Shown: positions 10,371 to 20,922 of the stretch, piece by piece | Layout: each line of letters opens with the position of its first letter | Numbering within the stretch: the stretch's first letter is position 1 | Translations under genes and position numbers: made by a program | Notes under the pieces: model-generated | The model's input: the letters and a program-made list of their open reading frames with translations, nothing else | The model's database searches: none | Told to the model about the DNA's origin: nothing | Assembly (NCBI GenBank): GCA_043228905.1 | Contig: JBHGNT010000016.1 | Coordinates: 15,190,001-15,254,000 of the forward strand | Origin: Azolla caroliniana | Taxonomy: Eukaryota > Plantae > Polypodiophyta | Direction of reading: 5' to 3' | Length of the DNA: 64,000 bases

Positions 10371-12453
10371 CTGTTTGTTTTCTCCACTCATTTGGTAGAG
10401 TTGTACTGCAATCTCCCAAACAGAATGCAGCAATTCGACAGGCATGTTGAAAACAAAGCAGATGGTATGTGTGGTTGCATGGTTGTAGGTGAACCAACAA
10501 AGACACAGTTTTGTCCTCCACACCTAACCCGCAAGCGATGCAACGTGCTTGAACTGTCAATAAATCATTTTCTGGTTCTACTTCATTTGGTAAGGGAGCA
10601 AGAATGTTCAGGTCCAAATCCTGTCTGGTCCTTACCATTCCCTCCACAAAATGTAGCTTCTTCTTAAGGCAGCTAACTACCTGTTCTTGATGAATGTATT
10701 GTTCCTTCAACGCAACAGAGAAATTTACCGATTAATTATTCTTGTTGTTGAAAGATACACCAACTTTGCTCAGGAATCGTTAACTTACTTGAAGCTTATC
10801 CAAATTGTAATCTGCAACAGTATTTACACCTAGAAGGTCCAGGTTCATTGAAAGAACCTGGATCTCTATTTGCAGTTCTATTTTACGCTGGGGATCCAGT
10901 GGCCCCTCTAATTCAAGCTCCTGTTGCGCAACCTATTCCAGATAATGCTTGATTAGCACATTTTACCCGTTATTTATAACACAATCACATACCAGCAAAA
11001 CAATAGTTACCTGAATCTTATTTCTAATTGTTGTAACAGCAGAAGTAACTTTGCTCTCCATTGCAGAAGCCATTGTGGCTTTCTCTAAATCAGTCTTAAA
11101 AAATGCCAATGTCTCACAGGCTTCATGGACATTTTTTAGCATATAGCTAACCAATGTCTCACCTGTATCATCGACATTGGCTTTCCTTGGGTGTCGGTGT
11201 GGTGTATGCCCCCGGTCTTGCTGGGAGTCGGCAGTTGCATCAACAGCTGCCATGCTCCAAAATCTGTCTATTTTTTGTGCCAAGGTCCCCATCTTTCGGC
11301 ATCTTTTTACCGATGCCTCACCATAGACTGCCCAAGCTACCCTATACATTTCAGGGTCTCTAGATTCCTTCGCTGTTTTGCAGTACTCATATGCAAATGC
11401 TCTAGCAAATGAAACTGACAACTCATTGTTGACTGGGATCTCCTGATGAACTTTCTGGTGCAGTCTCATGCAGTCATCGTACAAGTCGGCTCGTACATGC
11501 TTCAGCTTGACCTTGCCTTTGACTCTAGGCATTGTATATACTGTCATCCAGTCTATATCACTGATCAATTTATCACTTAGGACAGCAGGGTCAACACCCT
11601 CGAGTGACAGACCATAGGTGTTGTGGAAGTCCTCCTTTGTCTCGCAAAATTTTGCGAAGTTTAGCACTCTCGTATACGGAGGAACGAGCCATCTGAAATA
11701 TCATTTCAGAAATCAGAAATAGTGCAAAATCAGAATATGTGAGAATCAAAAACCCCAATCAACAACAACAAAAATGGTGCAAAATCTTTAACTTAACCTA
11801 ATCAAAATCTGTAATCAGAAGTTTGAAATCAGAAACCCTAATCAAAATCTGTAATCAGAAGTTTGTAACCAGAAACCTTATTCAGAAATTCTAATCAGAA
11901 ATTTATAATCAAAAACCCTAATCAGAAATTTCAATCAGAAACCCTAATAAAAAATTTCAATCACAAACCCTAATCAGAAATCCTAAGCAGAAATTTATAA
12001 ACAAAAACCCTATTCAGAAATTCTAATTTGTAATCAAAATTTGTAAACAGAAACCCTATTCAGAAATTCTAATCAGAAATTTATAATCAAAAACCCTAAT
12101 CAGAAATTTCAATCACAAACCCTAATCAGAAATTTCAATCACAAACCCTAATCACTAAAGACAGGATTAAACACAAAAAAAGTAATATAAACACACCTGT
12201 TGCTACTCCCCGATTTGCGAGACATCCTTGTATGGGACTCCAAGGACTTCGCCCTATTCGATTTTGGGGAAATATGAATCGGCACCAAAGTTCAGACAGT
12301 AGTCAAAAAGAAAAAACAAATGTTTGGGGTTTCTGTAACTGAAACATACCTGGACGATGATCGAGCGGGTTCTGTGTTGTAGCTCTCAATCTGCAATGTC
12401 GATTTTTTGCTGTTGCGGGAGCTACGTCTGCGTTCGTGCTCTGAGTACTCCAT
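10371..12453 (-). CDS. Accessory gene exons 1-5 (12350-12453, 12197-12253, 11011-11692, 10789-10932, 10371-10704): unknown domain, coiled coil and RING-H2 finger
   Basis: All junctions are GT-AG and preserve frame from MEYSEHERRRSS. The RING-H2 pattern is CIAC...CNHTYHLLC...CLGDC. Read-through past the 10371 donor would stop at 10351. Confidence 0.75.
11790..12155 (+). repeat. AT-rich minisatellite with AAACCCTA(A) motifs in intron 2
   Basis: Repeated aaaccctaatcagaaattt(c)aatca units. Confidence 0.8.
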
Positions 12454-12690
12454 CTGTGTTCAAAATCAGACTTAGGCTAAACAGGAAATTGATGACATTG
12501 AAGTCGACCTTAGATGATGGTGATATTCCCCAAGTTCCACTACGTCTGAAACAGAAGTTCAAATATTTGAGTTTTTTCATAAATTAGTTTTTCAAATATT
12601 TGATTTTCCCACAAGAAAGACTAGCTAAACAAATAGCTAATTAGCTATGGCCATTTTAGTAGCTAATTAGCTATAATAGTGTTTCCACTC

Positions 12691-13222
12691 GCATGCTTTT
12701 ACCCTACAACCGAACAGGCCGGCGAACAGATGCCGATACCTGTTCGTAAACGCACAGAAAGACAGGAACAGGTTGGAGGTGCTGCCGGAAGCACTCGGGC
12801 ATTCCTCAGAGCAGCGCGAGTCTCCCGAAACCTGCACAGAAGGAAGCTATGGAGTCTGCGAACCAGAGAGAGAGAGAGAGCGAGAAGCCTTCGCGCCCAA
12901 TCCGACAGCACTTCGTCCTCGACTCTCTGCGATCCCCTTACTCTCCTCGTCTCCCTCCTTTTATAGGCAAGGAAGGAGCCGTTTCCCCTTTACTCCCTAC
13001 CTACCGAATCTACCCAGGATCTCTTATGTACAACTTAAGGCGCACGTGCATGAAGAGTCGGTTTCTACGCTTCGGTACACCGATTCCGCTTGTGGACGGT
13101 TTTCCTCACGACAACGTTTTGAAGCTCTTGAGTATATCCATCTTTCTATAGTAAGCTACTAATCTAATCTATGATAATTATTTCATTATTTTTTTACATA
13201 GTGTGTGAAGATTCACACGACA
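12691..13222 (-). mobile_element. Partial LTR interrupted by the Sola2-like element
   Basis: Ends catagtgtgtgaagattcacacgaca, similar to the LTR end at 23352-23377; directly followed by integrase sequence of element B. Confidence 0.6.
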
Positions 13223-13909
13223 GTGGCGAAGGAAGGCATTCGTTGACCGGCACCGGAAGGGCAATGAGAAGTTGTTTGGAATTGGCAAGCTGGTGCTCAT
13301 GTTTCAGACCCGGATGGGTAAGATGCCGAGCAAGCTACGGTTCCGGTAGACCGGACCATACTGGATCACGCGAGTGTTCAATGGTTCTTACCAGTTAGGC
13401 ATGCTTGCTAGCGAAGTACTGGACAAATGGGTAAATGGGTTCTGGCTTAAACCCTATTACGGGTCCATGCCACCAAACCCGTTCCATCAGATGGAAACCG
13501 ACGCGGTAACCGAAAGCGGCAAGCAATTAGCCGGCAACCAAGAGGAGCCAGTGTTACCAGACAACCGGGACTAATGCTTAATTATTAAAAATAAAAATAA
13601 AAAATAAAAATCATCATGCATAGGCGAGGAGCGAACGGGCACTTTGAAAAGGTGTGTGGTTGGTGCCTAATTAACGCCTATTTAAAAGCACACCATGTGT
13701 CAACCGACTGCTATTACACAACGTGCATGCACGGGAATCGAGAAAAGGCGCCAAGCATGGAGAGACAAAACCTCCGCCTCGCAAAGTCCCTCTCATTTTG
13801 TGAGAACAGAGCACTAAGCACACATAGGCGATTAAGAGTAATCAGACGAACGCAAGAATAATGCACATACGTACCAATTCTACCAAGTCCCACAGACTCA
13901 GACGACAAT

Positions 13910-14439
13910 ATGGAACACATGGCACTCTTGGAAGCGGCCAAGAAATGGTTCAAGCAACACGGGTTGGAAGGGTTCCTAAGAATTGTCGAGGCACCTCCGC
14001 ACAGCAAGGCGGAGAAAGTCGTGCAGGAGATCGATATGGAGGTCATCACAGAAGAGGCCATCCGCGCCATGACCGGCTTATCGGAGGGCGGAATATTCAT
14101 GATCGACAACCATGCACCGGAGATGCTCATGAAGTTCTTCGGTGAGTACTCCTTGGCCAGCAAGGCGTACCGCACGCAAGGCGGCGAGGATGCTCTATTC
14201 CGAGAAGTCGCTCGTGTGCTTCATGAGTATGGGCATGTACACCCTCGACCCTCGACTATGCCAAAGAACAGAGCCGGTTTTATTATAGCGACTTATGAGG
14301 GAGTACAGGTGGATTGGCCGATGATCATCGCTGACAGTCTGAGTGCAGCCATAAACTCAGTAAAGGATGGCAAGAAGGTGTGGACGACGGTGGCGTAATG
14401 GTTCACTCTTTTAGCGCCGCCGGTAGAGCCGATACAACC
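13910..14439 (+). pseudogene. Extra ORF of element B, 5' part (continues at 20865-22243 with stops and frameshifts)
   Basis: Strong similarity to the 15028-17580 ORF (LFREVARVLHEYGHV, ATYEGVQVDWP). Confidence 0.85.
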
Positions 14440-15027
14440 TGTTATTCTCTGACCGGACAAGGCCTAACACAAGGTGTCACGGAGACACTTCACCAAAGGG
14501 TGATTACGGCATAGGATTATGACTCAACGATTACACCGACCTAAGTAGGTTACACGATTAGAGCGCTTTTGTTAATTACACGCGTAAGATATAACAGTAA
14601 GTACAGAACGGAAATCAACACAGAAGTATAAACACCATACGCTCTATTAATTATCCGCTGCGATTACAATGGGGTCCGGGCCTTTAAATAGGTTTCCGCC
14701 CCGTAGTACAAAACGGTGCCTATCGCACCTATTCGGGATCCGTCCGGATCTGGAACGACATACCGTTTCCAGTCCGTCCGTCCACACTATGCTTATTTAC
14801 AACCATACTTAATTAATTCCTTCACTCCGTATTTTGGACTCCTTGCCGGCCGGTAACACATGGCACGCCCGTGGGACAGTACCTTGTACGTCGAACCCTT
14901 CTCGGCCCCTTCATTGTTCACCCAAATTGTCCAAAATACTTTGTTCCAGAGTTTCCACTTGTTCTTCCGGTTGTGGTTGTTGCGGCTGTGCTTGCTGCTG
15001 CTGCTGTGGTTGCGGTTGGGACTGAGG

Positions 15028-17718
15028 CTACTCCGGCTGCTCTATAGGCGGCTGCTCCGTTTGTTTCTCTGACTCCGGCATCCCCGTTTGACTGCTTCCG
15101 GTCTGGTCTCCTTCCAGTAACGGTTCCTCATCACTGAGGTTGACCGTTACTGGTTCTCGTGCTTTCTCTTCCCGGATCCGGGACCTCTCGTAGCTTTCAA
15201 ACTGGATCTGCGCCTCCAGCCTATCGTCGTCCAGCTGAGCTACAAGTTGCCGGACTTGCCCTAGTTGGTCCTCTGCCAAGGCTTGAAAGTCTTCGGCCAG
15301 CTCATCTCTTATGCCGGTAAAGTCTTCGGAAGTTAGCATATAGCAATCATCTCCCTCCTTCCGCCGGTTCTCTACGTCGGCCCGGAGCAATTGGAGTTCC
15401 GCCGCGTTCGTGGTCCACTTGGTCCACCATTTGACGGAACCGTTGTCAATCAAGCTCTTGGTCTGGTTCAACCAGGCCTGCATGATATCCTGGATGCGAC
15501 TTGCTCCCATTTGCGCTCTACTTTCCACAACTTGTCGTTCCTCCTTCAACTGCTTGATGAGATTAGCCGTATCCTCCGCCTGCTCTCTGTAGCGCGTCAG
15601 CTGCCCTTGATATGTTGTTTGTAGCCTCTGCAGTACCTCCACCGCTCTTTCTTTTTCCGCCTGCTGTTGCCTGAGGAGCTCTGTCCGAACCTTCTCCGCC
15701 TCTTCCAACCGTCTTCTGGTTTCCGCTTGTTCCTTAGCGTATGCCGTTGCGGTCTGATCAACTGCTTGCCGGAGCTCATCCGTCCGTTCCTTGTGCTCCG
15801 TTTGCAACCGTTTATACTCCCGGTGCAAGTGCTCAAATTCCTCCATTTTTTGTTTGAGCTTGCCGTTGATCTGGCGATGGTTCCGGTCCTCCCGGTCCTT
15901 TAGCTGCCGGAGTTCCTCTTTCAGGCGCTCTACTTCTGTTTCGGCGTTTCTCCGGAGCCTGTCTTTCTCTTGCAGCATTTTCTCCTTCTCCTCCTTGAGC
16001 CGGTCATACGCTTGGTGGCCTTTTCGTAAGCTCTCCTCGGCCCGGCGTAGATTGTTAGCAGTCTTTTTGAGTTCTGCCTCCGCTGCCGTCTTCAACTCTC
16101 TTTCGCGGCTCCTCAGCCCTTCTTGGGCAGCTAGCTCATCCTTTAAGTCCGCAAGCTCTTGGGCTTGTGCCACATTTCTCTCCGGAACGGTTTCCGTTGC
16201 CGGGGTCTGATTGCTATGTACAGGTTGATCTGACGCTTTATTCTGTACATTGCCCGGAGTCACCGGTGCTTGGACTTGTGTTGTCAAAGCCAATTGAGCC
16301 ATTTCCCTTGTGACCCTGTCCAAGTCTTGTTCAAGGCTCCGGATTCTGGACCGGGCCGTCTCTAGATCTACGGTTGTGACGAGCAACCGTTCGTGGTGCG
16401 CTCTCTCCTCCGCCTCTATGTACTCGACCACTCCGGCGATTTGCTCGCCTACCCACCGTAGCCACATGCTACTGGTGCCTTGCTGCTGTACTGGTCGGGT
16501 CGGCTCGTTCACTGTGGAATTGTCTGGCCTGAGTGCCTGTATCTGCCGTTCTGGTTCTACTCCTTGGCTGCCGTGTGTGCTGGCTGGGCTCGCCGGCTGT
16601 TGAGTTCCGGTTCTCGCCGTCTCCGGAGCCGTTGGAATGACTTCTTGTATAGAAGTCGACAAGGCCGGTTCTATACGCACCGGTTCCGGTTCCTCCCTTG
16701 TGGTTTGCTCAGGTTGAGTTGGGGGCGTTTCTTCCTTTTGCAGGTCCGAACGCTCCCCCGCTGTCCCGGCGGTCGTACTTCTTGACCGTCGTTGGAGGTG
16801 CTCTACTGGCTCCTCCGTTTCCTCTTCCTGGGTAACGGCATGTATCTGTGCCGTCAAGGGTTCCGGTTCCTTCTGTCCCGGTCGCCGTATGGTTATCTTA
16901 ACGGGTCGGACCGGTGACACCTCCTCCGGTTCTGGGAGCCGTTTCTTCCCTTTCGTCGCCTTCGACGCCAGCAGCTGCTGTCGTTTGGACGCGGGTTTCG
17001 AGGTGCTTCCTTCCGATAATCTTGGCCGCTTCTTTGGCTGGACGGTCTCGACCGGCGGCGCGAGCAATGTTATCCACTGAGCTACGGCATGCCACAGCTT
17101 CCGGCCCTCCTTGCCGTCCTTTCCTCGTACCGTGTCGATTGCCGCGCACAAACCGTCTCCAATCAACACCGGCCAATCCACCTTGATCCCTTCATAGGTG
17201 GCTATGATCATCCCTGCCCGATTTTTTGGCATGACAGGGGGTCGGGGGTACACGTGGCCGTACTCATGGAGCACTCGAGCTATCTCCCTGAATAGCGGAT
17301 CTTCGCCGCCCTGCGTTCGATAGCCTTTGCCGGCAACAGAGTACTCACCGAAATATCGGATGAGTTGCTCCGAGGTTGGGTTATCGATCTGAAAAATACC
17401 TCCCTCCGGAAGGCCTGTTAGCGCACGGATCGCTTCCTCGGTGATGACTTCTGTGTTGAGCTCCTTGATGACCCGGTCGGCTTCTTTGTGCGGTGGTGCG
17501 TCCATGATGGTCAAGAACCCATCCGGTCCGTGTTGCCTAAGCCATTTCCTGGCCGCTTCCGACAGCGTTTGTGGCTCCATGTCTGCTTCGAGGTCGAGGA
17601 AAGATGGCGAGGTAGAGTGGTGATGAGAGTGAGGGCGAGAGAGAGAGAGTTCCGAACGTGGGGGTTCTCTGAGTGCAGGTTCGCGTTTGCTAAGCTTCCA
17701 CTGCCTTGGTCCATCCAT
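15028..17718 (-). CDS. Extra (env-position) ORF: conserved N-terminal domain, P/E/T-rich linker and long coiled coil
   Basis: 896-codon open frame downstream of IN in sense orientation; the likely start is MEPQTL at 17580, by comparison with element B. Confidence 0.8.
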   Translation of the reverse strand: MDGPRQWKLSKREPALREPPRSELSLSRPHSHHHSTSPSFLDLEADMEPQTLSEAARKWLRQHGPDGFLTIMDAPPHKEADRVIKELNTEVITEEAIRALTGLPEGGIFQIDNPTSEQLIRYFGEYSVAGKGYRTQGGEDPLFREIARVLHEYGHVYPRPPVMPKNRAGMIIATYEGIKVDWPVLIGDGLCAAIDTVRGKDGKEGRKLWHAVAQWITLLAPPVETVQPKKRPRLSEGSTSKPASKRQQLLASKATKGKKRLPEPEEVSPVRPVKITIRRPGQKEPEPLTAQIHAVTQEEETEEPVEHLQRRSRSTTAGTAGERSDLQKEETPPTQPEQTTREEPEPVRIEPALSTSIQEVIPTAPETARTGTQQPASPASTHGSQGVEPERQIQALRPDNSTVNEPTRPVQQQGTSSMWLRWVGEQIAGVVEYIEAEERAHHERLLVTTVDLETARSRIRSLEQDLDRVTREMAQLALTTQVQAPVTPGNVQNKASDQPVHSNQTPATETVPERNVAQAQELADLKDELAAQEGLRSRERELKTAAEAELKKTANNLRRAEESLRKGHQAYDRLKEEKEKMLQEKDRLRRNAETEVERLKEELRQLKDREDRNHRQINGKLKQKMEEFEHLHREYKRLQTEHKERTDELRQAVDQTATAYAKEQAETRRRLEEAEKVRTELLRQQQAEKERAVEVLQRLQTTYQGQLTRYREQAEDTANLIKQLKEERQVVESRAQMGASRIQDIMQAWLNQTKSLIDNGSVKWWTKWTTNAAELQLLRADVENRRKEGDDCYMLTSEDFTGIRDELAEDFQALAEDQLGQVRQLVAQLDDDRLEAQIQFESYERSRIREEKAREPVTVNLSDEEPLLEGDQTGSSQTGMPESEKQTEQPPIEQPE

Positions 17719-20700
17719 ACCGTTCCCGGACAGGTTCCCGGTATAGTGCCGGTGGGCTGCATAAACGGGTTATTTGGCATCGGTCCTTTATAGGGCTTTA
17801 GTCTAAATCTGTTGACCCACTTGCCTAGCACTTCATCGGCAAGTGTCCCTAACTGATAGGACCCGTTGTATTCCCGTGTCAGCCAATACGGGCCTGTCCA
17901 TCTAAACCGGAGTTTACCCGGCATCTTGCCCATCCTTGTTTGGAATACTAGCACCGACTTTCCGATTTCGAACATCTTTTCATTACCTTTCCGGTGACGG
18001 TCAACGAACGCTTTCCGTCGTCGTTGCTCCAGTTCCATGTGTAGGATGTTGGCCAGCCGTTGCTCCTCCAGTTGGCATAGTGCTACTAGCCGCATTTCCT
18101 CCGACTCCTCTTCATTCAGCCGTTCCCGTAGTTGGATCCGTAAGCTTGGTACCTGAAATTCCACCGGCATGACCGCCTCTAAGCCGAACGCTAACCGGAA
18201 CGGCGTTGTCCGGATACTTGTTTTGTATGCCGTTCGGTACGCCCATAGCGCACTATGGAGCTTTGTATCCCAGTCCGTCCGGTTTTCATTGACGATTTTG
18301 CGGAGAATGTTCTGGAGCGTTTTGTTGGTTGACTCTGCTAACTCGTTTGCTTGTGGGTAGTACGGTGTGCTCCGTTTATGGACCATGGCATAGAACGTTG
18401 TTAAGCTTTCCACTACCTAGCCGAGGAAGTGCCCTCCTTGGTCGCTGATTAATTCAATCGGACATCCATATCGGCACCAAATGTTTTCGTACAGGAATTT
18501 TGCTGTGGATGACGCGGTATTGTCTCTCAAGGCCTTAGCCTCCACCCATTTAGTGCAATAATCTGTTGCCACGATGACATAACAATTACCCGACCTAAGT
18601 AGGTTACACGATTAGAGCGCTTTTGTTAATTACACGCGTAAGATATAACAGTAAGTACAGAACGGAAATCAACACAGAAGTATAAACACCATACGCTCTA
18701 TTAATTATCCGCTGCTATTACAATGGGGTCCGGGCCTTTAAATAGGTTTCCGCCCCGTAGTACAAAACGGTGCCTATCGCACCTATTCGGGATCCGTCCA
18801 GATCTGGAACGGCATACCGTTTCCAGTCCGTCCGTCCACACTATGCTTATTTACAACCATACTTAATTAATTCCTTCACTCCGTATTTTGGACTCCTTGC
18901 CGGCCGGTAACACAACCGAAGAGGCGGGGGAGACCAACTGAATCAACCCCCAATCAATCTTCAAAAAGGCAGCAACTTCTTTGGCTGGACGGTCTCGACC
19001 GGCGGCGCGAGCAATGTTATCCACTGAGCTACGGCATGCCACAGCTTCCGGCCCTCCTTGCCGTCCTTTCCTCGTACCGTGTCGATTGCCGCGCACAAAC
19101 CGTCTCCAATCAACACCGGCCAATCCACCTTGATCCCTTCATAGGTGGCTATGATCATCCCTGCCCGATTTTTTGGCATGACAGGGGGTCGGGGGTACAC
19201 GTGGCCGTACTCATGGAGCACTCGAGCTATCTCCCTGAATAGCGGATCTTCGCCGCCCTGCGTTCGATAGCCTTTGCCGGCAACAGAGTACTCACCGAAA
19301 TATCGGATGAGTTGCTCCGAGGTTGGGTTATCGATCTGAAAAATACCTCCCTCCGGAAGGCCTGTTAGCGCACGGATCGCTTCCTCGGTGATGACTTCTG
19401 TGTTGAGCTCCTTGATGACCCGGTCGGCTTCTTTGTGCGGTGGTGCGTCCATGATGGTCAAGAACCCATCCGGTCCGTGTTGCCTAAGCCATTTCCTGGC
19501 CGCTTCCGACAGCGTTTGTGGCTCCATGTCTGCTTCGAGGTCGAGGAAAGATGGCGAGGTAGAGTGGTGATGAGAGTGAGGGCGAGAGAGAGAGAGTTCC
19601 GAACGTGGGGGTTCTCTGAGTGCAGGTTCGCGTTTGCTAAGCTTCCACTGCCTTGGTCCATCCATACCGTTCCCGGACAGGTTCCCGGTATAGTGCCGGT
19701 GGGCTGCATAAACGGGTTATTTGGCATCGGTCCTTTATAGGGCTTTAGTCTAAATCTGTTGACCCACTTGCCTAGCACTTCATCGGCAAGTGTCCCTAAC
19801 TGATAGGACCCGTTGTATTCCCGTGTCAGCCAATACGGGCCTGTCCATCTAAACCGGAGTTTACCCGGCATCTTGCCCATCCTTGTTTGGAATACTAGCA
19901 CCGACTTTCCGATTTCGAACATCTTTTCATTACCTTTCCGGTGACGGTCAACGAACGCTTTCCGTCGTCGTTGCTCCAGTTCCATGTGTAGGATGTTGGC
20001 CAGCCGTTGCTCCTCCAGTTGGCATAGTGCTACTAGCCGCATTTCCTCCGACTCCTCTTCATTCAGCCGTTCCCGTAGTTGGATCCGTAAGCTTGGTACC
20101 TGAAATTCCACCGGCATGACCGCCTCTAAGCCGAACGCTAACCGGAACGGCGTTGTCCGGATACTTGTTTTGTATGCCGTTCGGTACGCCCATAGCGCGC
20201 TATGGAGCTTTGTATCCCAGTCCGTCCGGTTTTCATTGACGATTTTGCGGAGAATGTTCTGGAGCGTTTTGTTGGTTGACTCTGCTAACTCGTTTGCTTG
20301 TGGGTAGTACGGTGTGCTCCGTTTATGGACCATGGCATAGAACGTTGTTAAGCTTTCCACTACCTAGCCGAGGAAGTGCCCTCCTTGGTCGCTGATTAAT
20401 TCAATCGGACATCCATATCGGCACCAAATGTTTTCGTACAGGAATTTTGCTGTGGATGACGCGGTATTGTCTCTCAAGGCCTTAGCCTCCACCCATTTAG
20501 TGCAATAATCTGTTGCCACGATGACATAACAATTACCCGACCTAAGTAGGTTACACGATTAGAGCGCTTTTGTTAATTACACGCGTAAGATATAACAGTA
20601 AGTACAGAACGGAAATCAACACAGAAGTATAAACACCATACGCTCTATTAATTATCCGCTGCTATTACAATGGGGTCCGGGCCTTTAAATAGGTTTCCGC

Positions 20701-20922
20701 CCCGTAGTACAAAACGGTGCCTATCGCACCTATTCGGGATCCGTCCAGATCTGGAACGGCATACCGTTTCCAGTCCGTCCGTCCACACTATGCTTATTTA
20801 CAACCATACTTAATTAATTCCTTCACTCCGTATTTTGGACTCCTTGCCGGCCGGTAACACAACCGAAGAGGCGGGGGAGACCAACTGAATCAACCCCCAA
20901 TCAATCTTCAAAAAGGCAGCAA
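17029..20922. repeat. 1947-bp tandem duplication (17029-18975 / 18976-20922)
   Basis: Duplicate ORFs are offset by 1947. One difference seen (18252 A vs 20199 G); CT microhomology at the junction. Confidence 0.95.
17511..18587 (-). pseudogene. pol: Ty3/Gypsy integrase core and C-terminus (truncated)
   Basis: IVATDYCTKWVEA, ISDQG, STPYYPQAN and WTGPY motifs; premature TAG at 18418-18420. Confidence 0.9.

Larger units (their letters stand above)
1..12690 (+). mobile_element. Large Sola2-like DNA transposon, right part (left end outside window)
   Basis: Contains the transposase at 352-2193 and the accessory gene at 2840-12453. The TAGCTAATTAGCTA motif runs through it up to 12673, then ...TAGTGTTTCCACTC ends in CTC at 12690 (Sola2 termini are described as GRG...CYC), after which unrelated LTR sequence begins. 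The terminus is inferred; no TSD is visible. Confidence 0.65.
14440..18912 (-). mobile_element. Element C: internally deleted non-chromovirus Ty3/Gypsy with an intact extra ORF
   Basis: 3' LTR at 14440-14858; truncated 5' LTR at about 18588-18912 fused to integrase; TSD CAACC at 14435-14439 and 18913-18917 (again at 20860-20864). Confidence 0.9.

Noticed and set aside
11790-12155. Interstitial telomere
   Set aside because: The AAACCCTA motifs are separated by other sequence and do not form (TTTAGGG)n tandem arrays.
12680-12690. TG at 12680 as an LTR start
   Set aside because: It does not match the TGTCGT terminus expected from the ACGACA end at 13222; it is better read as the DNA transposon end.
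15391-17295. Plus-strand and alternative-frame ORFs overlapping the extra ORF
   Set aside because: Shadow ORFs of a GC-rich coding sequence.
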